Shown: one piece after another, positions 11,807 to 25,355 of the stretch
Layout: every line of letters begins with the position of its first letter
Position numbering within the stretch: position 1 is the stretch's first letter
NCBI GenBank assembly: GCA_043228905.1
Contig: JBHGNT010000006.1
Coordinates: forward strand, 7,626,001 to 7,690,000
Length of the DNA stretch: 64,000 nucleotides
Source: Azolla caroliniana
Taxonomy: Eukaryota; Plantae; Polypodiophyta
Reading direction: 5' to 3'
Made by a program: the position numbers and the translations under genes
The notes under the pieces: generated by a model
Databases searched by the model: none
What the model was told of the DNA's origin: nothing
Seen by the model: the letters and a program-made list of their open reading frames with translations, nothing else

Positions 11807-12437
11807 GTAAACATGATATGATGATGACTGTAATAAGAGAAGTTGCGTTGCATGAAGTACTGCATGTCCCCGTGTTGAACTAGGCAAATTCGATTTGGGA
11901 AGAATCAACCGCACAATTACTTGGATTTGTTTAATCAAAGATTCAACCATACCATTTTTTAGTGTGAACATGAGGAGTTGAAACTTCAAAATTAATACCG
12001 ATAGATTCGCAATAGCGAATAAAGGTTGTTGACATAAACTCGACAGCGTTGTGCATCCGAATTAACTTAATTGGAAAATCTGGGAATTGAGCATGCAACT
12101 TGATGATAAGGAGAGGAGTCAAGGCAACACCATGTTGCAAGTAGAAAGAAGTGTGACATGAGAAAAACACAATGAAGCATCTTTGACTCCCATGAAGTAA
12201 TAAAATGGTCCAGAAGGAGGGTGCCAGGATGACCTAGTCTATCATGCCAGAGATCCATTATATATGTATTGACTTTCGAGGAAATATTGGAGTGGTGGGC
12301 AAATGAAGCCATGCGGATCTCTGGGGATTTAATGTTGAAACAATACAATTGATTTGGTAATACTTCTAACTCATCAATAACTTGGGTAGTGATTGACAAG
12401 TGCTTGACAATTCACATTGTCTCTTTACCATCTTGTT

Positions 12438-12999
12438 TAACAATCGGCAACGGTTCGGTTTGAACCGAACCGAACCGCGAAACCGTGGTTTAACAGCTTA
12501 ACAATTTCAATGGTTCGGTTCAGGTTTAGGTTTTTTTAAACGGTTCGGTTCAGTTTCGGTTCGGTTTCAACAGTAAAAAATCACGGTTTAAACGGTTTAA
12601 CAGTTTAACGGCTTTTATTTATTTTTATTTTTATTTTTTTAAAAAACAAATTCTAAAAATTCTAAAAAAAAATTAAAATGATTTTTTAACAATCAATATC
12701 ATTTTTACACCTTATTCTCACATTTTAGGAACATCTAAAAATTCTAAAAATTCTAAATAATGAAATATTATAATTTTAAAAAAATTTAAAATTAAAATTT
12801 AAAATTTTGACCTATGTTGAAAACCGAAACCGAACCACGAAACCACGGTTTAATGGTTTAACAGTTTGAAAAATGTTTAACCGTTCGGTTTCGCGGTTTG
12901 GTTCGGTTTGGTTCAGGTTTCAAAAAATTTAAACGGTTCAGTTCCAAACCGGTTCGGTTTGGACCCTCTCAAACCGAACCGAACCATTGCCGATTGTTA
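12438..12999. mobile_element. Non-autonomous hAT-type DNA transposon (MITE), 562 bp
   Basis: TIR TAACAATCGGCAAYGGTTCGGTT at both ends; 8-bp TSD ATCTTGTT at 12430-12437 and 13000-13007; dense subterminal AACCG repeats; AT-rich core. Confidence 0.9.
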
Positions 13000-15900
13000 A
13001 TCTTGTTCCCATGTCATGAGGTGGTATCCATTGTGTCGCACATATGCAAATGCAAGAAGATTTCTTGGCAAGGTAGATCCATAGATAACATCATGGATTT
13101 CCAAGAAATTGCCACTTGGAAATTGGATAGTGGCAGGGCCTCTTCCTTGTCCAATACAAGAACCAACTATAGTCTTGATGTCGAAAGGGGCTTGATCTTT
13201 AATATGATTAAAGAATTCTTTATTGCATAGAATAGTATGTTGAGGCGCAATCAATAAGACAAAGAAAACAGATTGTATGCAAATCAATCACATGGGCTTC
13301 AATCATGTTAGCTTCGGGCTCAAATTCCAAAGGTTGATCCATAAAACTATATTCCAAGATTGGAATTGATGGTGAGATCATTGATGTTTCTGCTACCATA
13401 TTAGCCTCCATTTTCCTATCTTGACCTTGCTTGCCATACTTCTAGTAAAGATCAACATGAAACTTAGAAGTTCAACAAGTATTTGCCCAGTGGCCCCTCG
13501 TAAACCACATCGAAGATATGAATTTGATGAAGGCTTATCTTGACTTGACTTTGATTGATGGTGCATTAGCTTGACTTGATTACTTGTGGGATGTTGATTC
13601 CTTTGTTGATTTCTTCCTGCTCTTCCTCCTCCTCGACTCTGTGCATATGGGTGTTGATGACGATGTTGTTGTCTAGAATAATTACTCTCGACATGCGTCA
13701 AATCCTTGAATTGTAGAGGAGTCGCAGGTTGACTAACTAGGAGGAAGTTTGTCATTCTTGAGGAGAACTTGGTGGTGTTGCTCAGCGACAAGAAGTGCAG
13801 ATAAAAGTTCAACATAGGTTTTAAAATCACGAATTCAATATTGTTCGGAAAGATTAAAATTTGGAGATAGATCTCATATGCTATGCTCTTCTATATATAT
13901 TCCCAAAATGATTAAGATACATGAGTTTATGACCCACCAGATGATGGGATGCATGCATACTATTTACATTATGAAGTCTTGTTACCTAAAGCTTAAGACT
14001 CATATAGATATAACATGACTCATTACATGCATGAGTTCATAACATTTGTCACTTTTTAATTCAAATGTTCAATTATTTGGCAATTTTGTTGGTTTTAATG
14101 ATAGATTTGCTATATGGTGATGTAAGGGTATAATGTCGATTGGATCTTTGCATTATTACAAACAACTTGGAAGTTGGCACACATACATCTAGGGCAAAAA
14201 ATGTAAATTGATGTCCAATTTACAAGATTATTGACGTTTATTAAGTAAAATATTCATGTTTATATATTTATATCATAAATATGTATTTAATGTTGGTTAA
14301 CATTTGATATGTATAATACATTAGTTTCATGAGTTGTAGGGGGCATGTGACAAAAAAAAGTGGTTTCACTAAATTTGTATGGTGCAACATCACGATTCAC
14401 AATATATGTTGGTCCCATTTGTGACCTTAGAAGTTGCTTTTAATGGTGTGTTAAAGTGCATACAAGTTTTTAAAAATAATGTTCATGGTTGAAGACTAGA
14501 TAGAAAACCTTGGACGTGTGATGTTTATTTGACAATAGTAAATCTTCTACCATGATATAAACATTTATTAGTTGGGACAATCTTCACTCAATTGAAAATG
14601 CATTGCATGGACACTAGTATATTGTTTTGTCTGAAGATTCACATGAGACTTTGTCAAAGAAACATATGTGAGGTAAGAGCATCCTAGGTTGGGAAGAAAA
14701 GTTTCATTATGTAACTAGCACTTTGTTCTATTGTCCATAAAAGCACTAACATTTCTCTTGTACATCATATAGGGAAGAGACATGGGAACAAGCCAAAAAG
14801 TCCACATGTCTCTAGCCATGCACTTTTCCTCTAAAAGTAATTCTCGCAATTGTAATCAAGTGAAGTAATAAATTATCTTCACATTGGTTTATGGGATCTA
14901 CGATAAACAATGAGATTGCTCATGATGTAATTACAAAATACAATCTAACAAACAATTATTCATATTTGTTTGGGTGTACATACGTATACTAACATTACCA
15001 ATGGATGTTTCTCCCTCAATCTATTGTCTCTTCTCCATGGAAAACCTATTTGTTTTCAGTTTCAAAAGTGGCCTATTTCACTAGACAATATTGGTATGTG
15101 TAAGGGTTGAACCATGACCACCTAGGTTGTGGTGAGAAGCAATGAGGCGCTCTGTTCAATGAAGATATATTTCTAATAAAAAAGAAAAGAAAAAACTATC
15201 ACTCCACAATCACAAAATATACTCCATCTAAAGTGTTGATTGACGATGTCGTCTAACATGCCCTCTCCTCCATAGCCTTGTGTTTCATGGAAGACAATCT
15301 ATAAATGAATCATTAGCAATTGTGAGCAATATGTACCAATATTGATTAGTAAGCATGTCATGCATAACTTCTTCCACAACTTTTGCATACTATTGTCTAA
15401 TATTCTTTATCAAATGCAAGTTGTATGCAAAGAAAACTTCTTAAAAATAAATTGCAAGTTGACACTTACTAACGAAGCCCATCTACCTAAAATGATTAAT
15501 GCGCTCTATATTTACCTCAAAATTTTAAACCAACATCTCGAACATTGGGACAATATTCCCTCATGTCCTCTCTATGTGTAAGAGCTTTTCAGGGTTCATT
15601 TAATGCCTTAAATTGTATATGTATGCACAACACATTGGGGATTATTATAGCCAACACAAACCTGGATATGGATATGGTATATGTTATATTTCGGTGAGAT
15701 CGATACCATTCTTTGTTTCCTTCTTTTTAATGGAAATGCTATGATTCATGTAGAAAAAAGTGAAAATGCAAGTTGAGAGACAAGCACAACAAATGTTTTC
15801 CCTTCAATGGCAAATTGATGCCAACACCATTGCTATGAATTGAAAAATAAAAAGGGCAAGTTAATTACAATTAATAAATGCTCATTGATTTGATCAATGG

Positions 15901-18255
15901 GAAATAAAATGCTTTCGTTGTCAAGTGTAAAGTCGAACTTGCCATATTTGCATTGTTAGCAAGCTTAACTAAGCATTAGACTATAGTATTTCACATTGAA
16001 AAGTTTGAGAATAAAAATAAACTAAGTCATTGGTTTCTACCATTAAATAAGCCCTCATGTGCGAAAGCATGATGTGAAAATAGTGCCCTTATACATAATC
16101 TATGAGTCTGTAGATGGTAAGCATGCCATCAATATGGAAACTACACCCATGTGTATGCATTATAGCATGACACTTGATTTGTCCCAATCATCCCCCCCCC
16201 TGATGGTCATGCTAGACAAGTACTGGGATTCAAGATCATGTATTGATCTTTCACATCCGTGTACATGTGTAATTACACGTGCACAATGTGCCACGATTGA
16301 ATGCCCAAACTATCAATGTCTTCATAACCCCCCCAAAAGTTGTTTTAACAAGTTATTGCCCAAAACCTACCTTTAAAAAATTCTTAAATTCCCCTTGGCC
16401 AACAAATCACCCATATTGCTTTCGGTGAAATCAATGTCTAGTTGCATTCAGAAGTTTGCTAGTTGTGGCTTGATGCTTGTTGAAAAATAACAAGTTTTGT
16501 CAAGCAGCTGTTTGCTGTTATGTGCATTGTGGACATCGATTACCCCTCCTTTTTTGATATAAAGTCTCACACAACAATAGCCAAATATATATGACAACGA
16601 CCGATAAATAGTAGAGTATCTATAGATACTTAGAGTGTAAATAGCCCAATATGTATATGCAAGTCACTTAAGTAATGGGAAGCAATTTTTTCTCAGGCCA
16701 AAAGGAATAAATCTTAAACTTGAATATATAAACATGGTGTGGTGTGTCTGATTTCCAACATTAACATTTTGCTTTCTCTCTCGAACAATGAGCACAAAAT
16801 TGTATTCGTTATAAAATTATTCACATGTTCACTTTGAGATCAATATCCACTAAAAATGTGTTCCTACAATAAATCATTTAACAACTCCACATTCCATAAC
16901 TTAAAGGCATGAAAATAACACAACTTGTTAAATAATCATCTTAAAAATCAAGGTTTTATAGAAATATATGATATGTTTGCGCCGTACACCTAATGTTTTG
17001 TACGAAACATCTCTCTAATTTAAAAGCAAATTCCTTTTAGGTCTAGTTGGCATAAATGAATTTCAAGCATAGAAGTAGGTTAACATTCCCATTAGTACTA
17101 TTCATTTGCATTTTGTGTGCATACATGTACATTGGTGGACAACCAATATGTCATCTCTACGATTGTCTCGTTTATTGGTTGCATCATGTTTCCCTATCAT
17201 CGGCATTACCTTTCCCCGTTTCATTTGTTTTTGGAATCCCCATTCCTTATTGTTCAATCTGCAATGTTCATTCTAGCTCTTTTCACTTACATTCATTTTA
17301 TAATAATGAAATATAGAATACACTATTGAAACATTGATAACTTGAGTCTTGTAATACCAAAAGAAGAGATATTTCATAAAATATTATCCACCAATGGTTG
17401 GTAGAAGTAGTTTAAGTACGTGGTGTAATAACTAGTGATCACAAGTTCCATGCAATTGCTATTGACAATTAATTAGAGCTAGTTATTTCAAATTGAGAAG
17501 ATTGCACCGCAACTAAAACATGAGGGACTTAAGAATCCCAAAACATTTGAAGTACACAAGGAAGCATTCTTGTCACCATCGAGTTTCCACTAACAAGCTT
17601 TGGAACTTGGAAGCTTGTACAAAACTTATGCCATTAATCAATATTGTCCTTCTTGGTAGTACTCTAAAAAGAGTGGGGGAGTAAATATGGGCATTGCTTT
17701 CGTTTTTTTTTATCTATTTTCGATTGTCACCTTATTCAAAAAAAGTAATTTCACATTAATACACTTGTAACACGCTAACATTTGTCAATGGCTTTTGGGT
17801 GAAGGATTTTGACCCGAAATATAATTTTCATGCCCAGTTTCCTCGTGAAGTCATTGCATGTCTTGCCAACGTGTTGCCCTTCTTTCAAGCAAGTCGACCT
17901 AGTGTTTGAAGCCCTTCCAACATAAGATGTATTCCTTGTGAATAGCAACCTCACAAATTCACATAATAGTTAGGATCACTAGTTGATATTGAACGCATGC
18001 AAACGTAGAAACGTATTGATACACAATCAAATGACAACAAGCATTCGTATGCATGTGTGTGCACACACCATGCTAACTAATTTCGGAATGTCCACCAACA
18101 CTTAGATTGAGAAGAAAGTGGAACTTTGGATCATAAACACCAACTGCTATTCTATTTTTTTCTCGCTTAGATAATTTGGATACAGAGAATCTATCTTTGA
18201 ATAGGAGAAAAAAATCATCTATTTTGTGTTTCGGTCTTTTTGGGGCCCAAGAGTA

Positions 18256-18313
18256 GGGGGTATGGCGGAATGGTAGACGTTACGGACTCAATCAAATTGA
18301 GCCTGGGTGTGGA
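18256..18313 (+). pseudogene. trnL: Plastid-derived fragment (NUPT): trnL(UAA) 5' exon plus start of the group I intron
   Basis: GGGGGTATGGCGGAATGGTAGACGTTACGGACTC|AATCAAATTGAGCCTGGGTGTGGA matches the plastid trnL 5' exon and intron start. About 100 bp upstream may be plastid spacer. Confidence 0.85.
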
Positions 18314-18891
18314 TAATGGAAAGTACATGACAAAATAGATGACTGTAGGGCTCTTTTTAACATCACATTTATCCAAACTTTACATAGAAGAAGCCATCAA
18401 CAATATCTCACCAAGGGTTAAAATGGGCTCCTCCTAATAAAGGTATTTAGTCATGAATTGTGTAACAGTGAGAAACATAGTGTCACTATAGAAGATGCCA
18501 TTAGGATAAATAGCACATTTAAAGGCATCAGAAAGAATGTTTGACAGTTGTCGAATGGAAAGCAATGTGGGCTAAGACAAACACGCATGGGCTACTATGT
18601 CTAGGTGATCGATTGCTTGAAGGATGTGAACTCCTTTGGGTTTGGGCACACAATCATGATTGGGGATGGATGGGATGGGATTCAAAGCATGCTTAACTAA
18701 GGCTTGAATGCAAGAGGAGGGGCGGACACAGACACAGACATGAAGATGTAGACGAGGTGAACGTGTGCTTGGTAACAAGAGCTGGGGAATAGATACGGTG
18801 AGATCGATTGTCGGTTGAGGGAGGGAGGGGCTTCCTTCCGGACATTCGATTGACCTCCTCAATGCTCATGTGAGTGGGTCATGTTAGGAGA

Positions 18892-19327
18892 AAAAGCAAA
18901 AGCAAAAGCAAAAGCAAAAGCAAAAGCAAAAGCAAAAGCAAAGGATGGAAGGAGCAGAGAGAGAGAGAGAGAGAGTGGTAAGGGTAAAGAGAGCAATGTA
19001 TAATGTAATAATAGAGGCAGTACCTTTATATGTTATGTATGTATGTATTCTGTGTGCCCACAGAGGAAGCTGCTTTTTCTGTCTTATTATTTATTATTGC
19101 TGCTACAGATTCTCCTTCTTTCTTTCTGCCCACGCACACACCCCATACATACTGAAGTGATACATATGTATACAGTATATGTATGTATGTATATGTACAT
19201 ATATGATATGCCCATCACAAACATGTCATATATATGTATGTAGATATGTATGTACATATATATACATACATACATACGGCAGAAGAAGAGAAAAGGAAGA
19301 CCAGCGAGCCAGATAGAGGCAGGTCCC

Positions 19328-19389
<62 letters not shown>

Positions 19390-19401
19390 TGAGAGAGAGA
19401 G

Positions 19402-19432
<31 letters not shown>

Positions 19433-19530
19433 TGGAGAGGTAGAAGTAGAATGAGAATGTGAGAGATTGAGTAAGGCAGAGTGAGAGGTTTCAGAGAAGG
19501 GTAGAGAGAAAGAAAGAAAGAAAGAAAGAA
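18892..19530. repeat. Microsatellite cluster upstream of the FORKED-like gene: (AAAAGC)n, (AG)n, (TA/TG)n, (GTGAGA)n, (GT)n, (GAAA)n
   Basis: Directly visible simple repeats. Confidence 0.9.
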
Positions 19531-19611
19531 GCATGCATTTTATGAACATCTAGAGAGTGAGAGAGTCCTTGTGGATTCTTCTTCTTCTTGTGAATATTGA
19601 TTTAATTGAGC

Positions 19612-22590
19612 ATGGCACACAAGAGAGGTTCCCCTTTGGTCTCTAGACCCACACCCCTACCCAACATAGAAGAAGACTCACCCATGGCAATCTCAGAACC
19701 TCAACTTCTGCAACAACAACGGCAGCAGCAACAACAACATAATCATCATCATCATCATAACCATCAATATAGTAATCATCATCGTCATCAACGGCAATAT
19801 CCTCCTGACTACGACACCGCATTTGGACCCCCCGAGACCCCATTGGAGCCCATGGAGTTCTTATCAAGGTCATGGAGCATTTCCGCATTGAAAATCGCAA
19901 ATGCCCTTGCTCCCTTCTCCGCATGCTCCGACACGAGAAAGAAAGGTTCAGGATCGGCACTCGACTCAGAAGAACAGGTGATTGATGCTCCGGCTTCAGC
20001 TCCTTTCCGGTTCCCAACTGTCAGCACCGCCCACTTGGTCATGGAATGCATCTCGGCACATCAATCAGTATGTTTTTAGAGTTTTTCTTTTGTTTGTCCG
20101 TTGAATGATTTGTTTTCTTCTTGAATAGGTCTAGGGTTCTGTTTTTTTGGGGTTTTAAATTCAGGTAGTGGTTTTTGTCTCATGGTATGTTTTGGGTCTT
20201 GTTTCTGTTGTTGTTATTTTCGTCTAATGGATGCTTTCAAGTGGGTACCTTATAGTGTTTTTTGTCTAATTAATGGTTTCTTCTGGGTAACTTATGTTCT
20301 TGTTTTTCTTATTTCTCCAATGTGATGGCTTAATTTGGGAAAGTTTATGGTTTTGTTGTAGTTGTTGATTAATGGATGGGCTCTTTTGGATATGTTAGGG
20401 TTTCCTTTTTTTGGGTTGTCTAATGTATGTTAGTTGGGCTTTGCTTTTGGTTGTTTGCCTAATGTTACGTTTAAGGTCTTGTTTCTATTGTCAAATGAAT
20501 GCTTTCTGTCGGGCAAGTTATGGTTTTGTGTCACTTCCATCACGTTTGTCTAATGTTACATTTAGGGTATTGTTTCTGTTGTCGAATGAATAGTTTCTTT
20601 CTAGGAAGTTATGGTTTTGTGTTCCTTCCATGCCTGATGGCATCGTTTTGGTAAGATAGGGTAAGTTAGGGCTTTTGCCTGTGTTGTGTGCTGTAACATC
20701 ATTTCATGTCCAAATGGTTTTTTTTGGTCAAGTCAGGATTTTTAACACATTACATCTTTGATGATTTATTTTCAGTAAGTTAGGTTTCCTCTTTGTTATG
20801 AGGTCATTCCGTGGCTGATAGGTTATTTAAGCTAGTTTATGTGGGGAAACAAACAACTTGTGTTTCTATTGTAAGAAAATTTGCTGAAGATTTATTTGTG
20901 GAATATTTCAGGACCTTTCTCCTGTGTCCAAGAGGAAATCACATAGCAGCATTACCTCGGGGAATGTTGTTGCAAACTATCCCGTAAGCCCCCCTTGGCA
21001 AGGGGATGAACTTATGGTATTTTCGTGCTTTTTTACTTTTGTTTGATATTTGCTATTACATTTAGTTTTGCCTCACATCATTGTGACCTATATAGAGGCA
21101 GTGTGAGCTTTTAAAGGGACACTTTAAGTAGCTGTTAGGATGAATATTAGCCCCTGTTTATTTTCCTTGAAACTGTACCAAACTCATCTTGGTTTGGCAT
21201 CTAGCTTTTGTGTCTCTTCACAGGTCTCATCCTAAATATGAGTATTCCCAAGTCCTCGACAACTATGAACCTTAAAACTCTTTTGTTTTTGGGAGCATGT
21301 GAATTTGCAAAATAGTAACCTATCATTGGAGTTAGTTAGAAGGAAAGAACAGCTTGAACACTACATTAGCATGTGGATAGGTATCAAAGTCTGGGTAGCT
21401 TTGGTTTTTCCTGAAAACCTGGGGTTTATAGATAAATGCTAGCGTCCATTTGTCCATTTATCCAGTCCAGTCTTGCAGTGGTGCTAAATCTGGGGTATAG
21501 TGGCCATCTTCTCCATTTACCAAGTCCAGTCTTGCTGTGGTCTAAAACTAGGTTTTGTCTAATTGCCAGTGAGTGGATGAACCTTGGCTTGAGGTCCATT
21601 GATTAGGTGGTGAGGATTCTCTAATCCTTCTATTTGTCAATTGATAGTCTATGTTAGGTATTTGATCCTAAAAGCTTGCATCACTGGTGTGATGTTTGCA
21701 AGGCCTTTTTTTTTACTCAGGGACAGTTGATTGAACAGGAAATAATTGAAATCAAGAGGTAGACGTCGAGACTAACATTTGAACAATTGCTTGGCAGTTT
21801 TGTCGAAGTTTCAGTGGTGTGAGGAATCCGTTGCGAGACATCTCTCTACGTAAGTGGCTGAAAGATTTGAGAGAAAGGAAAAAGGAAGTAAATCGAGCCC
21901 ACAGTGCACAGATACATGCTGCGATTTCTGTGGCTGGAGTTGCAGCTGCCATAGCTGCGATTGCAGCTGCGACAGCCACATCAGCAACAGCCACCTCAGC
22001 AGCCAATGAGGATATCCAGAGTAAGACGAGCATGGCAGTAGCTTCTGCTGCAGCTCTAGTTGCTGCCCAGTGTGTAGACGTAGCTGAAAGCATAGGAGCT
22101 GATCGTGATCAGATGGCTGCTATCATAAGCTCAGCAGTTAATGTAAAGCTCCCTGGAGATGTAATGACGTTAACCGCAGCTGCAGCCACTGGTATAGATA
22201 TATGGCATATGCAAAAGTAATTTATGGGTTTTCTATATTATCTTGCAAGCTATAATTATTGTGATGGGTTTGTGGCAGCTTTGAGAGGAGCTGCAGTGTT
22301 AAATGCTAGAGTACTGAGAGATACTGAAAGCATAAGATCACATCTCCCTTGTGATAGTGGGGATGACAATAACAGCTTGATCAACTCTGTGAGAGATTCT
22401 CCCTCTGACGACAGTGAACTGGAGTGTGGGAATCTGGAGTTCTTGAACAGAGGATGCGAGTTTCTCAAGCGCACACGGAAGGGTAAAAATACTTATCTCG
22501 CACATTTACCTTGATATAAACGATGACTAGATATGTAATGATGATGCTACCCTTTTATCTTGATATATATAATGGTGTTATCTCTTTGCA

Positions 22591-22626
<36 letters not shown>

Positions 22627-23436
22627 ATGTTTATGTATGTATATATATTATAGTAGTGTTATTCTTTACCTTTTGATGTATATATGAGACTGTGCTATGT
22701 TTTTCTCTTAATCCATATGATGGTGTTATATTTATTCATTTGCTATGTAGTAGTTATTTTTCAGAGTTCTATTGAAATGTTAACTTGCCCATTTTGCCCT
22801 TCAGGTGATGTGCATTGGAGGATAGTGTCTGTCTATCTTGATAAAAACTCCCAGGTATGTTGTATCACTGTCAAAAAGATTAGAGAAATCGTTCAATTGT
22901 CTGAGTGAAAACAAAATGCAAAATTTTGCTCATCCATCAAAAGATGGGGGGAATCAAATGCAAAAATGTGGCACATGTGTTGTGAACCATCTATTATTAG
23001 TCTTTGCTTCTTTAATGCTAATGAACGGCTTTTTGTAACTCCTTTTGTTTTTGAAAGGTGGTGGTGAAATCTCAGAGTAAATACATGGGTGCTGCCATGA
23101 TAAAAAACCGAAAACGTAAGTTGTCCATCTCCAAACATCAAAATAACTGAATGAGTTCTTGAAAGTATAAGCAATTTGTCTTCCAAACAGTCACTAATAT
23201 TTTCTTTCTTGGAATACAATATTTGGGAAGCAGGTTTTGTCATTGGTGTGCATACTGACATACCTTGTTCGTGGGAAAGTGGTAACCATGATGGTGGAGA
23301 GAGAAGATGGCATTTTGGTATAAAGACTGATCAAGGAGTAATGGAATTACAGTGCAAAAACGAAGCACAACACCGGCTATGGACTGAAGGCATATTGCAT
23401 TTGCTTTCGGTGTCAAAGCATAAAAGAAACATTTGA
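19612..23436 (+). CDS. FKD1: VAN3-binding protein / FORKED-like (DUF828 auxin canalisation + plant PH domain), 489 aa; symbol is family-level, orthology not established
   Basis: GT-AG exons 19612-20067, 20912-21016, 21798-22191, 22279-22482, 22805-22854, 23058-23115, 23234-23436 (1470 nt, frame consistent). Motifs [85 protein letters not shown]. Confidence 0.93.
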
Positions 23437-24789
23437 GTGCCCATATATATACGAATGCAAATGCGAGTGGTGATAATAAGCACCATTTATTGAATTTCAT
23501 CGTGCAAGATGACAAAATGTATCATATCTTGGAAAAGAGAAGAAGATCAGAGCTGCACTGATGCATTGCATGTGCTGAATCCAAACATGAGGTTAAAAGG
23601 TTGGGTGGAACTAGACCAATATAACTGCATGTGTATTCAAGATATTCAATGGCATTGCTGGAGCCATATTGTAAGATATATTTGGAAATATAGAACAGTT
23701 GTGAGCCTCTGCAACATTGTGGTATTGTATCTTGGCAATGCATACTCATCTGAACTTGATATCCTGTCATTTAGACATTGCAATTCCATGGCCATGAGTA
23801 TTTACGTTAAGCTCTATGTCCTACTTTGGGGAGTTCATTTACATGTATGAATGGTCATCACGGGCCTTTGCTCGTTACAATATGAAACCCATTTAATCTT
23901 TTTAATTTTTGACTCTGCCATTTGTTTGTTTCTTTTTGTCTCATTTCTCATTACTGCTTATTGTATCATACTCATCCTAGGCTATGCTACACATGTTTTT
24001 ATGTTTATGCATTGCTTGTCCTTTAGTGGAATACAAATGTGCACCCAATCAGGCTGTATATATACAATCTAATATCTGCACATTTCTTGAATTTTATGTA
24101 TACACATACATAAAGATTGCTAAATGCAATACAATCCTACTACACTTCCTATTTTCCATGTGAACATCTTTTTCTTAGATTGTGTTTTCAATTTTCTGCC
24201 CTTTTTATTTTTTATTTCTATTGTCCATATATATTTGATTGTACTTCTCTATGTCTTTTTTGTTTTTTCTTTCCTTTACTTTTTGCTTGCATTTAAAAAA
24301 TAATAATTTAATCACGTGAGTATGTTTGAACTTTGTGATGATTTCCCTTCCCTCTGCAAACACAAAAAAGACAATCCTTCTATCCTGATGGGTTTGATTT
24401 TCGTTTAGGAATTACGAGTAGTAACATAGAGGCAATACATTGCAAAGCCTAGTTATTGTGGAAGTTTTACTTTCCAACACATCATTTTTAACCATCCATT
24501 GGTTCAGTGAAGGGACAAAGTTGCATTGAGAAATGGATCTCATGATTTCATCAATATTTGACATATCCATCACAAGTATGGCCCCAATGACTATCATCTC
24601 CATTATCCATTCTAATTTGGTTCCATTACTTGTTGTATGATCACCCAACCCACAACAATGCTGACAACATGCTCATCTGGATAACCGATATTGAGCACTA
24701 GGTAAAGGCTGAGGTTGTATATCATCGGGTTCAACCCTTACATGGTGGGGATTTGGCAATAATGTCATATATGCTTGTATTATTGGAAA

Positions 24790-25355
24790 TGTAACGAGCG
24801 CTATGCTACTTGATTGGGAGAAGGAAACAATCAGATGTTGGTTATTTAACGTGGAAAAACCTCTCAGAGATAACAAAACCAAGTCCAAAAAATTATCCAT
24901 CATCAACAAATAAAAAAGTTACATGTCTTAATTCACAAACTAAAGTGCGAAATGAAACAAGAGTTAAGCTAACTCTTCTAATCATGAAACCCTACAAAAA
25001 CTCATTGCACGCCAGTGCCAACTGTGGTGCTGCCCAAGGTGTCAATGTTCAGTTGTTGTACCAAGGAGGTACTGATGGAAGAAACAAAACACGCTCTCAG
25101 GGTTCAGCTCTACACATCCTCTCTATTTTCCAGTTTTTTCCTCCCTTTTCACCTTAAAAAAAGAAAAAGAACAAATGTGACATTTGTTGACACTACAAAA
25201 GAAGCAAAATAAACATTTGGGTGTCCAAGGCCCATTCACACACGCAAAGTCACGCTGAAAGGTTTACTATACACTATTTCATTCAACTGCAACAGTAAAA
25301 ATTTCACAAGTGAAAACGTGAATCTGAATAATTTTCATATTTTAAACCACAAACA
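24790..25355 (-). mobile_element. Probable old solo LTR (copia B-related) within a decayed coding remnant
   Basis: TG..CA ends; shares the TTAACGTGGAAAA motif with the B LTR; TSD not clean. Confidence 0.45.

Larger units (their letters stand above)
1..13830 (-). mobile_element. Degenerate Ty1/copia element, Bianca-like, host of the left nest (interrupted at 291-10995, 11339-11806, 12438-12999; runs off the window start)
   Basis: Minus-strand fragments join across the insertions: gag zinc-knuckle remnant (13393-13830), LWHDRLGHPG, KLHAQFPDFPIKLIRMHNAVEF..HVHTKNGMVESLIKQIQ, ISHLRVF..LGIYVGFNSPSIIHYLEP, DPYTREEEKEFQQRLHLQNIANNAPDAF, KRGRPIGAKD. These motifs match Bianca-lineage polyproteins from memory. 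Many stops and frameshifts. Confidence 0.8.

Noticed and set aside
12441-12996. CRISPR-like or piggyBac interpretation of the AACCG-rich repeats
   Set aside because: There are no regular repeat-spacer units, and the 8-bp TSD indicates hAT.
13860-18100. AT-rich stretch with short ORFs, possibly an ancient DNA transposon
   Set aside because: I could not recognise motifs, termini or a TSD; it needs a translated search.
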